This document shows positions 17,711-27,056 of a stretch of DNA of 64,000 nt, one piece after another. A model generated the notes under the pieces. It saw only the letters and a program-made list of their open reading frames with translations, was not told the DNA's origin and made no database searches. The translations under genes were made by a program, and so were the position numbers. Origin of the DNA: Candidatus Omnitrophota bacterium (GTDB taxonomy: Bacteria; Omnitrophota; Gorgyraeia; 1-14-0-20-64-10); NCBI GenBank assembly GCA_023248155.1, contig JAHFFE010000003.1:148159-212158 (forward strand), written 5' to 3'. Every line of letters starts with the position of its first letter. The first letter of the stretch is position 1.

Positions 17711-18411
17711 AACTGCCGCTCTGGTATCCGCCGATCTTGACCTATCACTGCGTTCTGCCCATAGCCAGGGGGAACACGCCGACCGTTTCGGTTGACACCT
17801 TCGAGAAACAGATGCGGATGCTGCGCAACTATTGGAATCCGGTTTCTTTCGAACAAGCAATTGACGCGCTGGCGCGCGAAAAATGGCCGGACAGGGGAGT
17901 CGTTATCACCTTCGACGACGGCACCGAGGACAATTTCACTCACGCATTTCCGGTTCTCGCGCGCGAAAAAATCCCGGCGATCATTTTCGTGATTACCGGC
18001 GCGATCGGCACACCCGGCTTTTTAACGGCGGCCCAGATCCGGACCATGCGGGACGCGGGAATCGATTTCGGAAGCCACTCCGACCAGCATGATTATCTGC
18101 CGTCCGTAAAATCGGAACAGGCAGCCCAATCGCTGAACAATTCCAGAAAAGCGCTGGAACAGATCCTGGAAAAACCGGTCCGGTTTATCAGCTATCCGGC
18201 CGGCGGGCATACCGCTGAAATTGTAAAGTCAACGCGTGACGCCGGCTACGCGGCCGCCTGCACCACGAACCGCGGTTTCAAGAAATTTCCGGTTGATCCG
18301 TTCGCGCTGCGGCGAATCACGGTGCATGAGCAGATAAAAAGCCGGCTCGCGCTGGCGCTGCTCTGCAGCGGCTACGGATCGATCAACCGCCGCCTCCGCC
18401 CCCCTCACTAA
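17707..18411 (+). CDS. Polysaccharide deacetylase (CE4, IcaB-like)
   Basis: PILTYH, ITFDDG, FGSHS..H, SYPAG; GTGA overlap with the previous stop. Confidence 0.88.
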   Translation: MKLPLWYPPILTYHCVLPIARGNTPTVSVDTFEKQMRMLRNYWNPVSFEQAIDALAREKWPDRGVVITFDDGTEDNFTHAFPVLAREKIPAIIFVITGAIGTPGFLTAAQIRTMRDAGIDFGSHSDQHDYLPSVKSEQAAQSLNNSRKALEQILEKPVRFISYPAGGHTAEIVKSTRDAGYAAACTTNRGFKKFPVDPFALRRITVHEQIKSRLALALLCSGYGSINRRLRPPH

Positions 18412-18418
18412 GTACTTT

Positions 18419-18694
18419 CTCGCTTCGCTGCGCGCGTGGCGGCAGAGGCCTCTCCCGCCCGCGTCACCCGAAGCGCCTGAGTGGGTAGAGGCGGATCGGG
18501 ATATGGGGCAAGTGGACCTTGGCGGAGGCCAAATCGAATTGTCTTTCGGCAAGGCCGCAGACAGAGCGACGGAATCGGTAGTCGATTCCGAGCGTGTCCA
18601 CGGCTCCCATGCCCGATCCGCCTCGTAAAACAGCTTGCCTGACGGAAGCGTAAAGAAGCGATGAGTGTTCACGGACCCGCTCCCGGACTGCCTC
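18419..18694. repeat. Structured mosaic intergenic repeat, copy B (inverted relative to A)
   Basis: Hairpin module 18419-18474; 137-bp core 18488-18624 with perfect 13-bp terminal IR GAGGCGGATCGGG/CCCGATCCGCCTC flanked by GTA...GTA; module 18634-18694 shared with copy C. Confidence 0.9.
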
Positions 18695-18700
18695 TTGTCG

Positions 18701-18709
18701 TGCTATAAT
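18701..18709 (+). promoter_or_regulatory. Extended -10 promoter for thiG-leuB-asd-truA
   Basis: TG-C-TATAAT just after repeat B. Confidence 0.6.
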
Positions 18710-18719
18710 ATTTTTTCAA

Positions 18720-19508
18720 ATGTCGATGAATTCCATGGATAAGCCATTGCAAATCGGATCTCACACGCTGCAGTCGCGGTTGATTCTGGGCACGGGGAAA
18801 TATCCCTCGCCCGAAATCATGCGGCAGGCGCTTGAAATTTCCGGCACGCAAATGGTGACCGTCGCGGTCCGACGTGTTGATCTGAAAAATCCGGAGAAAG
18901 ATCCGGTGCTTGGCTTTCTCGATACAAAACGGTACACGCTGCTGCCGAACACGGCCGGATGTTACACCGCGGAAGAGGCGATCCGCGTGGCGCGGCTGGG
19001 GAAAGCGGCCGGTTTTTCGAATCTGATCAAGCTGGAAGTGCTCGGCGACGAGAAAACGCTTCTGCCGGATACCGAAGCATTACTGGAAGCGACACGCATA
19101 TTAGTGAAGGAAGGTTTTTGCGTAATGCCCTATACCAACGATGATCCGATTGTCGCCAAAAAACTGGTTGAAGCGGGTGCTTGCTGCGTGATGCCGCTGG
19201 CCGCGCCGATCGGGTCCGGTCAGGGAATTTTAAATAGTCTGAATATTCGTTTTATTATGGAAACCGTCCGCGTTCCGGTAATTGTCGACGCGGGCGTGGG
19301 AACCGCCTCCGACGCCGCGATCGCGATGGAGTTGGGGGTGGATGGCATTTTAATGAACACGGCTGTAGCCGGAGCAAATGATCCCGTCTTAATGGCGCAT
19401 GCCATGAAACAGGCGGTTGAAAGCGGGCGGTCGGCCTATCGGGCCGGCCGGATACCGCGAAAAATATATGCCGCTCCGTCCAGTCCGGAAACAGGGAAGG
19501 TAGGATAA
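18720..19508 (+). CDS. thiG: Thiazole synthase
   Basis: [38 protein letters not shown]. Confidence 0.97.
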   Translation: MSMNSMDKPLQIGSHTLQSRLILGTGKYPSPEIMRQALEISGTQMVTVAVRRVDLKNPEKDPVLGFLDTKRYTLLPNTAGCYTAEEAIRVARLGKAAGFSNLIKLEVLGDEKTLLPDTEALLEATRILVKEGFCVMPYTNDDPIVAKKLVEAGACCVMPLAAPIGSGQGILNSLNIRFIMETVRVPVIVDAGVGTASDAAIAMELGVDGILMNTAVAGANDPVLMAHAMKQAVESGRSAYRAGRIPRKIYAAPSSPETGKVG

Positions 19509-19513
19509 ATCCG

Positions 19514-20572
19514 ATGGCGCGTTCTTACAAAATTGCAGTATTAGCAGGCGATGGCACCGGTCCCGAGGTCGTCAAAGAAGGATTGAAGGTCCTTAGTGCG
19601 ATTTCCGAAAAAACCGGGTTCGATGTCGAGTTAATTCCATACGACCTCGGCGGGGAACGGTATTTGAAAACCGGTGAAACGGTGCCTGACTCAGTGCTGC
19701 AGGAACTCAAAACGATGTCGGCCATTTACCTGGGCGCGATCGGACACCCCGATGTGAAGCCGGGCATTCTTGAAAAAGGAATTCTGCTGAACCTGCGATT
19801 CCAGCTCGATCAGTACATCAACCTGCGCCCCGTGAAACTATTCCCCGGCGTATGGACGCCGCTGAAAGACAAGGGGCCCGAAGAAATTGATTTTGTCGTC
19901 GTGCGCGAAAATACCGAGGGCATTTACGCCGGCGTCGGCGGCACGTTCAAAAAAGGGACAGCCGACGAAGTGGCGATGCAGGTCGACCTTAACACCCGAA
20001 AAGGGGTTGAGCGGTGCATCCGCTATGCGTATGACTATACGAAGAAACGGAACGCCCGGAAAAAACTGACGCTCTGCGCAAAAACCAATGTGCTGACCTA
20101 TGCGCATGACCTCTGGGCGCGCGTTTTTGAAATCGTCGGCAAGGAACATCCGGAAATTTCACAGGATTATTCGCATGTCGACGCGCTCGTGATGTGGATG
20201 GTGAAATCCCCTGAATTTTTCGATGTAATCGTCACCAATAATATGTTCGGCGACATCATCACCGACCTGGGCGCCATGATTCAGGGCGGCCTTGGAATCG
20301 CCGCGGGCGGCAACATTAACCCGGCCGGCGTCTCCATGTTTGAACCGATCGGCGGATCAGCGCCCAAATATGCGGGCAAGGGTGTCATCAATCCGCTGGC
20401 GGCCATCTGCGCGGTAGGAATGCTTCTGGATCATCTGGGAGAAGCGGCCGCAGCTCAGAAAGTGGAAGAGGCCGTCAAAGTGGTCACCGGAACCAAGCTC
20501 AAGAGTCTGGCCGCCGGAAAAATGGGTTACTCCACCAGCGAAGTCGGCGATCTGGTCGTAGCCGCTCTCTAA
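19514..20572 (+). CDS. leuB: 3-isopropylmalate dehydrogenase
   Basis: GDGTGPEV, VVRENTEG.Y, NMFGDIITD, FEPIGGSAP; leuB-asd-truA synteny. Confidence 0.88.
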   Translation: MARSYKIAVLAGDGTGPEVVKEGLKVLSAISEKTGFDVELIPYDLGGERYLKTGETVPDSVLQELKTMSAIYLGAIGHPDVKPGILEKGILLNLRFQLDQYINLRPVKLFPGVWTPLKDKGPEEIDFVVVRENTEGIYAGVGGTFKKGTADEVAMQVDLNTRKGVERCIRYAYDYTKKRNARKKLTLCAKTNVLTYAHDLWARVFEIVGKEHPEISQDYSHVDALVMWMVKSPEFFDVIVTNNMFGDIITDLGAMIQGGLGIAAGGNINPAGVSMFEPIGGSAPKYAGKGVINPLAAICAVGMLLDHLGEAAAAQKVEEAVKVVTGTKLKSLAAGKMGYSTSEVGDLVVAAL

Positions 20573-20579
20573 AGGTCCT

Positions 20580-21590
20580 ATGCTGAAGAAAAAAGAATCC
20601 TATAATGTCTGCGTCGTCGGCGCAGGCGCCGTCGGCGTGGAACTGTTGCGCGTTTTAAAACAGCGCAAGTTTCCGGCGGCGCGCCTGACGGTGCTGGCTC
20701 GCTCAGACCGGACCCTGACCGTGGATGGGGAATCTTATCCGGTGAAATCCGTTTCACCGGAGGCGTTCGACGGGCAGGAAATCGTGCTGTTTGCCGGGAC
20801 CGAAGGCGATAAGGGTGCCGCTGTCACTTACGCCAAAGAAGCAATCGCGCGCGGCGCCGTCTGCATCGATAACGGCGCCGATTTCCGCATGGATCCGGCG
20901 GTACCGCTGGTCGTTCCCGAAGTGAACGCCGCCGCGCTTAAACAGCATACCGGTTTAATCGCCAATCCGAATTGCTCAACGATCCAGATGGTCGTCGCGC
21001 TCGGCCCGATCCATCGCGAATTCAAAATCAAACGGATCATCGTTTCCACTTATCAAGCCGCGTCCGGCGCAGGCAGCAAGGCGCTGGAGTCGCTGCAAAA
21101 CGAGACGGCCGCTTTTATTCAAAAACAGCCGCTCCCGAAACCGGAAGCGATGCCGCAGCGGATCGCGTTTAATGTTTTTCCACAGATCGGCAGCTTTGCG
21201 GAACTCGGCTACACCAGCGAAGAATGGAAGATGGTGAAGGAAACCCATAAAATTCTGGGCGATTCTTCCATCGCCGTGAATGCGACGACGGTCCGCGTGC
21301 CTGTATTCGATTCACACTCCGAATCGGTCTACATCGAAACCGGGAAACCATCGTCGCTGGATAAAATCCGGTCGCTGCTCAAGCAGAGCCCCGGCATTCT
21401 GCTTTCCGACGACCCGGCCTATCCGATGCCGGTCGATGCCGCTCATCGCGACGAAGTATTCGTCGGCCGCTTGCGAAAAGATCCGGTGATTGCCAACGCC
21501 TACTCCCTATGGATCGTCTCCGATAATCTGCGCAAGGGCGCCGCGCTCAACGCGGTCCAGATTGCCGAAACGCTAATCCAAAACGCGTGA
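20580..21590 (+). CDS. asd: Aspartate-semialdehyde dehydrogenase
   Basis: PLVVPEVN, IANPNCSTIQ, TYQAASGAG, DNLRKGAALNAVQIAE. Confidence 0.97.
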   Translation: MLKKKESYNVCVVGAGAVGVELLRVLKQRKFPAARLTVLARSDRTLTVDGESYPVKSVSPEAFDGQEIVLFAGTEGDKGAAVTYAKEAIARGAVCIDNGADFRMDPAVPLVVPEVNAAALKQHTGLIANPNCSTIQMVVALGPIHREFKIKRIIVSTYQAASGAGSKALESLQNETAAFIQKQPLPKPEAMPQRIAFNVFPQIGSFAELGYTSEEWKMVKETHKILGDSSIAVNATTVRVPVFDSHSESVYIETGKPSSLDKIRSLLKQSPGILLSDDPAYPMPVDAAHRDEVFVGRLRKDPVIANAYSLWIVSDNLRKGAALNAVQIAETLIQNA

Positions 21591-22327
21591 CCCGCCGCAT
21601 CCGCCTTGATATTGCTTATGAAGGCACCTCATTTGCCGGCTGGCAGCGCCAGAAAAACGGCCTTTCCGTCCAGCAGGTCATTGAGGAATCGCTCGCGAAA
21701 ATTACTCAGGAAAAGGTGACGCTGGCCGGCGCCGGCCGGACCGACAGCGGCGTCCATGCTGAAGGACAGATCGCGCATACGATCATTCATTCACCGATGC
21801 CGCTGCCATTACTGCAGAAAGCGCTTAACGCAACGCTTCCCGAAACAATTCTTATTCGTTCGCTGCGTAAAGTCCCCGACAGTTTTCACGCTCGTTTCGG
21901 CGCAAAATCAAAGTGGTACCGCTATACGATCTGGAATTCAAATATCCGTCCGCTCGCAGAGCGCCAGCGCGTGCGCTGGGTTTACCAACGGCTCGATCTG
22001 CGCGCGATGCGGCAGGCCGCCCGGATGCTGCAGGGCAGGCATGATTTCAAACCGTTCCAATCGGCCGGCAGCAGGGATGTCGGCTCCACAACCCGAAACC
22101 TGTTTCAGCTGACAATTCGGAAAAATGGCACGATCCTCTGGATCGACGCCAAAGCCGACGGCTTCCTCTATCATATGGTGCGCCGCATCTCCGGCCTGCT
22201 GATCGAAATCGGAAAAGGGAAATTGCCGCCCGAAGAAGCGCGAAAAATCCTGCGCGGCCGGTCCAAATTCATCGTCCCCTCAGCACCCGCGCAAGGGCTC
22301 TGCCTGATGCGCGTTTCCTACCGCTAA
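21587..22327 (+). CDS. truA: tRNA pseudouridine(38-40) synthase
   Basis: YEGT.F.GWQ.Q, AGRTDSGVHA, FHARF, GFLYHMVR, APAQGL. Confidence 0.97.
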   Translation: MTRRIRLDIAYEGTSFAGWQRQKNGLSVQQVIEESLAKITQEKVTLAGAGRTDSGVHAEGQIAHTIIHSPMPLPLLQKALNATLPETILIRSLRKVPDSFHARFGAKSKWYRYTIWNSNIRPLAERQRVRWVYQRLDLRAMRQAARMLQGRHDFKPFQSAGSRDVGSTTRNLFQLTIRKNGTILWIDAKADGFLYHMVRRISGLLIEIGKGKLPPEEARKILRGRSKFIVPSAPAQGLCLMRVSYR

Positions 22328-22336
22328 AAATATTTA

Positions 22337-22378
22337 TTGACAAATCCGCCCTCCTTATCAATAATGATACTCAATCTC
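22337..22378 (+). promoter_or_regulatory. Promoter overlapped by a Fur-box-like operator
   Basis: TTGACA (22337-22342)-17 bp-AATAAT; AATAATGATACTCAATCTC (22360-22378) matches 15/19 of the E. coli Fur box GATAATGATAATCATTATC. Confidence 0.7.
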
Positions 22379-22397
22379 AATTTCAATAGGAGCCTCA

Positions 22398-22913
22398 ATG
22401 ATTCGATTAAGAAAAGATGCTGAAGTCACACTGTTCCCGAGCCATGCCCAGAAGCCGGCTGACTTCCAACATTGGCTGGGATCGCTTCGTGGACGGTTCG
22501 AGGACTATTTAACGAAGCAAGGGCTGAACCTGACCAAACAGCGCGAAACGATCCTGCACTGCCTGACCGAAGCCGACCAGCATTTGACGGCCGAACAGAT
22601 CTACGATCAGGTTAAAAAGAAAGACGCCTCCATTGGCCGCGCCACCGTGTTTCGAACCATCAAACTGCTGCAGGAGTGCGGCCTGGTCGATGAAATCGCC
22701 TCCCTGCGGGGCAGCGCGAAATTCGAACTGAAAGCCGACCGCCCGCACCACGATCACATGATCTGCGTTGAATGCGGGCGAATCCTGGAGTTTCAGAGTC
22801 CGATGATGGAAAAATTTCAGGATGAGGCGATCCGTAAACAGGGATTCACGGCGCTCTGGCATCGCCACGAAATTTTCGGGCGCTGTAAATTATGCCAAAA
22901 GCAGCGATCCTGA
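22398..22913 (+). CDS. fur: Fur-family metal-responsive regulator
   Basis: T.QR..IL, HLTAEQIY, ATVFRT, HHDHMIC.ECG, C..C; metal specificity not determined. Confidence 0.9.
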   Translation: MIRLRKDAEVTLFPSHAQKPADFQHWLGSLRGRFEDYLTKQGLNLTKQRETILHCLTEADQHLTAEQIYDQVKKKDASIGRATVFRTIKLLQECGLVDEIASLRGSAKFELKADRPHHDHMICVECGRILEFQSPMMEKFQDEAIRKQGFTALWHRHEIFGRCKLCQKQRS

Positions 22914-23167
22914 TGCGCACCCGAACCCTGTTGCTTCTGGGAATCCTTATCCTGGGTGGCTGCGCATACAAAAAGACAACGCTCTGCGCAATGCCAACCG
23001 GCCCCAATGATCAAATCTGTAAACACTGCAACTGCTTAATGCCGGCAGGGATTCCCCCAGACCAGATTTGCCCGGTCTGCGATTGCAAAAAAGTAGCAGC
23101 TCAATGTTATCGAATCAAGAAACAACAGAAAACCAGTAAAACAAACAACGCAAAGGATCCGGTTTAA
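22913..23167 (+). CDS. Small Cys-rich lipoprotein (hypothetical)
   Basis: ATG overlaps fur stop (TGATG); signal peptide with LGGC lipobox; DQICKHCNC and DQICPVCDC. Confidence 0.7.
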   Translation: MRTRTLLLLGILILGGCAYKKTTLCAMPTGPNDQICKHCNCLMPAGIPPDQICPVCDCKKVAAQCYRIKKQQKTSKTNNAKDPV

Positions 23168-23168
23168 A

Positions 23169-23924
23169 ATGAAAATGAATTGGTGGATGGTTTCTTTGGT
23201 AATGGCGGCGGTTATTGTCGGACAAACGCCGGCGGCATCGGCGCATATGCGGGATTACTTGGTCAACGAGGGATACTACACCGCCAAGAAGGGCGAGGTT
23301 GAGTTTGAACTGCACACCGACTACAACATGCCCGAGCCTGACCAAGACAGCACTCATAACATCAAACAGCAGTATGAACTGGAATATGGCCTGACCAATC
23401 ATCTGCAGCTGGCTTATTACGAAGTCGCCACCTGGAATCGGCAAAACGATTTTCAGAGGGATTCGCTTAAGGTTGAAACCAAGTACCGTTTTGTCGAAAG
23501 CGGCGAATGGCCCGTTGACCTGGCGCTCTACGCCGAATACAAAAACCCGAACGGCAGAGACGAAACGGCCAGTGACGAAATGGAAGGCAAGCTGATTCTG
23601 GCGAAAAATTTCGGCCGGTGGAGCGCTGTGTTCAACTGGGTGATGGAACGAAAAATCGGCGAACATGAATCGTGGCAGATGGAATACACGGCAGGCGGCG
23701 GATATATCGTTAATCCGAAGCTGCGGTTTAATCTTGAAGTGAAGGAAACGCTCGGTGATGTTCATGAATTCGGCATCCGCCGCAAAGCACACGAGCTGCA
23801 ATTGATCCCCTCCATCGGATTTAATCCGACTGCCAACAGCCGCGTATTGATCGGACCGGCGATCGGACTGACGCATGCCACGGATGATTTACAAATCAAA
23901 AGCATTGTCTCGGTGGAATTTTAA
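23169..23924 (+). CDS. Putative outer-membrane beta-barrel protein
   Basis: Signal peptide (AASA|H), amphipathic strands (ELEYGLT, LALYAEY), C-terminal Phe (SVEF). Confidence 0.7.
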   Translation: MKMNWWMVSLVMAAVIVGQTPAASAHMRDYLVNEGYYTAKKGEVEFELHTDYNMPEPDQDSTHNIKQQYELEYGLTNHLQLAYYEVATWNRQNDFQRDSLKVETKYRFVESGEWPVDLALYAEYKNPNGRDETASDEMEGKLILAKNFGRWSAVFNWVMERKIGEHESWQMEYTAGGGYIVNPKLRFNLEVKETLGDVHEFGIRRKAHELQLIPSIGFNPTANSRVLIGPAIGLTHATDDLQIKSIVSVEF

Positions 23925-23927
23925 TCC

Positions 23928-25064
23928 ATGCTGAACTCTTTACTAAACGCGCCCTGGGCGCTTGGTCTGTTTGCCGGAGCTACCATTTTCCTGGGGCTTC
24001 CGATCGCGAAAATCCGTACGCTGTCGCCGAAAGTCAAAGCGTTCTTAAACGCCGTTTCCACGGGAATCCTGATTTTTCTTCTGGTTGAAATCACGGGCCA
24101 CGTGATCGAACAGATCGAAGAGATGGTAGAGACCTGGGCAACCGGATCGGGAGGATCGGCATGGGTCGTTGGGCAGTATGCCGGATTGTTCGTCGCCGGA
24201 TTCTCGCTCGGTTTGCTGGGCCTTATCTTTTTTGAGGAACGGTTTCTCGGTTCCGCCAAAGATGAAACGGTTGATCCCGGCGTGCGCGCCAAAAATTTAT
24301 CGCTGTTGATCGCCGTCGGACTGGGACTGCATAACCTCAGCGAAGGCCTGGCGATCGGGCAGGGGTATGCCGGCGGCGCGGTCAGCCTGGCCTGGATGCT
24401 GGCAATCGGATTCGCGCTGCATAACGCCACCGAGGGATTCGGCGTCGCGGCGCCGATGTCGGGACACCCGGTCAGCTGGAAATTTCTCGCTCTATGCGGC
24501 ATCATCGGCGGAGGCCCAACCTTTATCGGCGCAGCCATCGGCAGCTGGTGGGTCAACAAATCGGTGGAGATTTTCTGCCTCGCGCTGGCAAGCGGCACCA
24601 TCCTCTATATCATCGGCGAACTGCTGCATATCGGGCGCCAGATTAAAGGCGAAAAACTGGTTTCGATCGGACTGCTGATCGGTTTCTTCATCGCGATGGG
24701 AACCGACCTCTCGCTTTCCGCCGCGCATGAGGTGGCGGTGGTGCATGGCCCGCGGCATGGCGGCTATTTCGGAGATGCCAACGACTTGTACCATTATGAA
24801 ATTGTCCGAACAACGGAAAATGAAGTGGCGCTCTACGTGAACGACCATTACAACCAGCCGATGGATACGCGGACCGTCAGCGCGCGCTGGATTTTAAATC
24901 CGGGAGAAGCGGGCACCTTGACCGGATTTTTCACGCCGACAGCCGGCGGATCCCGTCTGACCGCCATGCTTCCGGCATCCCGAACCAAGGGTCCCCTGCA
25001 CATTACCGTATCGGTGCTGAAAGGGGATCAGTGGGCCGACATGGAGTTTTATCTTCCGGAATAA
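23928..25064 (+). CDS. ZIP-family (ZupT-like) divalent metal transporter with extra C-terminal domain
   Basis: GLHNLSEGLAIG and ALHNATEGFG signature helices; soluble tail starting HGPRHGG. Confidence 0.88.
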   Translation: MLNSLLNAPWALGLFAGATIFLGLPIAKIRTLSPKVKAFLNAVSTGILIFLLVEITGHVIEQIEEMVETWATGSGGSAWVVGQYAGLFVAGFSLGLLGLIFFEERFLGSAKDETVDPGVRAKNLSLLIAVGLGLHNLSEGLAIGQGYAGGAVSLAWMLAIGFALHNATEGFGVAAPMSGHPVSWKFLALCGIIGGGPTFIGAAIGSWWVNKSVEIFCLALASGTILYIIGELLHIGRQIKGEKLVSIGLLIGFFIAMGTDLSLSAAHEVAVVHGPRHGGYFGDANDLYHYEIVRTTENEVALYVNDHYNQPMDTRTVSARWILNPGEAGTLTGFFTPTAGGSRLTAMLPASRTKGPLHITVSVLKGDQWADMEFYLPE

Positions 25065-25067
25065 CGC

Positions 25068-25095
25068 TTGATTTTAGGTCTCCTTTTGCTATAAT
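25068..25095 (+). promoter_or_regulatory. Promoter of rplM operon
   Basis: TTGATT-16 bp-TATAAT with TGn extension. Confidence 0.65.
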
Positions 25096-25122
25096 TACTG
25101 TTTCCACAGGGATATAATAAAA

Positions 25123-25557
25123 ATGACTAAAACATACATGGCAAAGAGTTCGGAAGTGACGCGCAAGTGGCATCTCATTGATGCGGACGGGCAGATTCTC
25201 GGCCGCCTGGCCGTCAAAGTGGCGGATATTCTGCGCGGTAAGAACAAAACAATCTTTACGCCGCATGTTGATTGCGGTGACGGCGTTATCATCATCAACG
25301 CCGAAAAAATCAAGGTTACCGGCACCAAGCTGACTGAGAAGAAGTATCAGCGGTATTCCGGTTACCCGAGCGGCCGCAAAGAAGAATCACTGGAACGGCT
25401 TTTGGATCGGCGGCCGACCGCGGTATTTGAAAAAGCGGTCAAGGGTATGCTCCCGAAAAATTCTCTCGGAAGAGAAGTCTACCGGCGCTTGAAAGTTTAT
25501 GCGGGTCCGAAGCATCCGCACGCCGGACAAATGGCAGAGGCAACTAAAAAATCATGA
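25123..25557 (+). CDS. rplM: 50S ribosomal protein L13
   Basis: WHLIDA.GQILGRLA, FTPHVDCGD, KGMLPKN.LGR, LKVYAGP.HPH. Confidence 0.98.
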   Translation: MTKTYMAKSSEVTRKWHLIDADGQILGRLAVKVADILRGKNKTIFTPHVDCGDGVIIINAEKIKVTGTKLTEKKYQRYSGYPSGRKEESLERLLDRRPTAVFEKAVKGMLPKNSLGREVYRRLKVYAGPKHPHAGQMAEATKKS

Positions 25558-25931
25558 TTAAAACAGGACGGAGAAAAGAAGCGGTCGCCCAGGTTATCTT
25601 AAAACCGGGCAAGGGCCGCATTCTGGTCAACGGCCGGACGATGGAAACCTATTTTCCGCGGCTCTCGCTGCAAGTCGTCATCCGGGAACCGTTGGTCTTG
25701 ACCCAGTCATTGGAAAAATTCGATTGTTACGCCAAAGTGAATGGCGGCGGCATCGCCGGACAAGCCGGTGCTCTGCGGCAGTCATTGGCGCGGGCGCTCA
25801 CGGCCGAAGATGAAACGCTGCGGTCTCCGCTGCGGAAGAGCGGCATGCTGACCCGGGATTCACGGACTCGCGAACGGAAAAAATACGGACAAAAGGGAGC
25901 CCGAAAACGGTTCCAGTGGACCAAGCGTTAA
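25554..25931 (+). CDS. rpsI: 30S ribosomal protein S9
   Basis: TGRRKEAVA, GGGIAGQAGA, LTRD.R..ERKKYG..ARKRFQWTKR. Confidence 0.98.
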   Translation: MIKTGRRKEAVAQVILKPGKGRILVNGRTMETYFPRLSLQVVIREPLVLTQSLEKFDCYAKVNGGGIAGQAGALRQSLARALTAEDETLRSPLRKSGMLTRDSRTRERKKYGQKGARKRFQWTKR

Positions 25932-26006
25932 GCTTGGACTTTTTAGACCTATTCTCTTTGTTGTTTGCTTTTTAAACACGGGAGAATAGGTCTCTTTATT
26001 TCCCCT

Positions 26007-27056
26007 ATGGAATACTCCGTTGGAATTATAGGTGTGACCGGTTATACCGGGCAGGAGCTGCTTCGGATTCTTCGGCGGCATCCGTCGGTATCGATCGGGT
26101 ACCTGGCCAGCCGGCGATTGAGCAAGCCGGAGCCGGTTGGAAAATTACTGCCCGAATTCCGGGCAGACCGCAAACTCCTCATTGAACCGTACGATCCTTC
26201 AAAAATTGCCGGGCGATGCGACCTCGTTTTTCTGGCGCTGCCGCACGGCGAAGCGATGAAACTGGCCCCGATCCTTTTGAAAAAATCAGGGCTCAGCGTT
26301 ATCGATTTAAGCGGTGATTTCCGGATCAAGGACAAAACCGTTTTCCGGAAAGCGTACGGATTCGCGCAGTCCGATGCGCAGGGATTAAAATCATCCGCGT
26401 ATGGTTTAACCGAACTGTTCCGGGAATCGATCCGGAACGCGCGGTTGATCGCCAACCCCGGCTGTTATCCAACCGCTTCGTTATTGGCGCTGGCGCCGCT
26501 GGCGCAGCAAAAACTGCTGCCGGCCGAGGGCGTAATCATCGATGCCAAGTCGGGCGTGAGCGGCGCCGGACGATCGGCCAAGGATGATCTGCAGTTCTGC
26601 GAAGTGAATGAAGATATGCGCGCCTACAAAGTCGGCACGCATCAGCATACGCCGGAAATGGAACAGGCGCTCGGCTGGATCAGCAAGAAAAAAACTACGC
26701 TGACTTTCACGCCGCATCTGGTTCCGCTTAATCGCGGAATGTATGTCACGGCCTACGTTCCGCTGGCGAAGAAAATATCGTTTGCCGCCGTTTCCGAACT
26801 GTACAACTCTTTTTATGACGACGAACCGTTTGTCCGGATTCTTCCGGAAGGGGTCTGGCCGCAGGTCAAGACCGTAGCCGGAACCAACGACTGCGAAATC
26901 GGACTTTATCTCGATCCGTCCGGAAAACGGCTGACGGTTCTTTCGGCGATCGACAACCTGGGCAAAGGGGCTTCAGGGCAGGCGGTCCAGAATATGAATC
27001 TGCTGTTTGGGCTTCCCGAAACCACCGGGATCCGCATCGGCCATGAAGGGCAATAA
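26007..27056 (+). CDS. argC: N-acetyl-gamma-glutamyl-phosphate reductase
   Basis: GVTGYTG.EL, LALPHG, IANPGCYPT, SGVSGAGR, DNLGKGASGQA; start placed at ATG 26007. Confidence 0.96.
   Translation: MEYSVGIIGVTGYTGQELLRILRRHPSVSIGYLASRRLSKPEPVGKLLPEFRADRKLLIEPYDPSKIAGRCDLVFLALPHGEAMKLAPILLKKSGLSVIDLSGDFRIKDKTVFRKAYGFAQSDAQGLKSSAYGLTELFRESIRNARLIANPGCYPTASLLALAPLAQQKLLPAEGVIIDAKSGVSGAGRSAKDDLQFCEVNEDMRAYKVGTHQHTPEMEQALGWISKKKTTLTFTPHLVPLNRGMYVTAYVPLAKKISFAAVSELYNSFYDDEPFVRILPEGVWPQVKTVAGTNDCEIGLYLDPSGKRLTVLSAIDNLGKGASGQAVQNMNLLFGLPETTGIRIGHEGQ

Noticed and set aside
22913-23167. Lipoprotein as c-type cytochrome
   Set aside because: CKHCNC and CPVCDC are not CxxCH heme motifs
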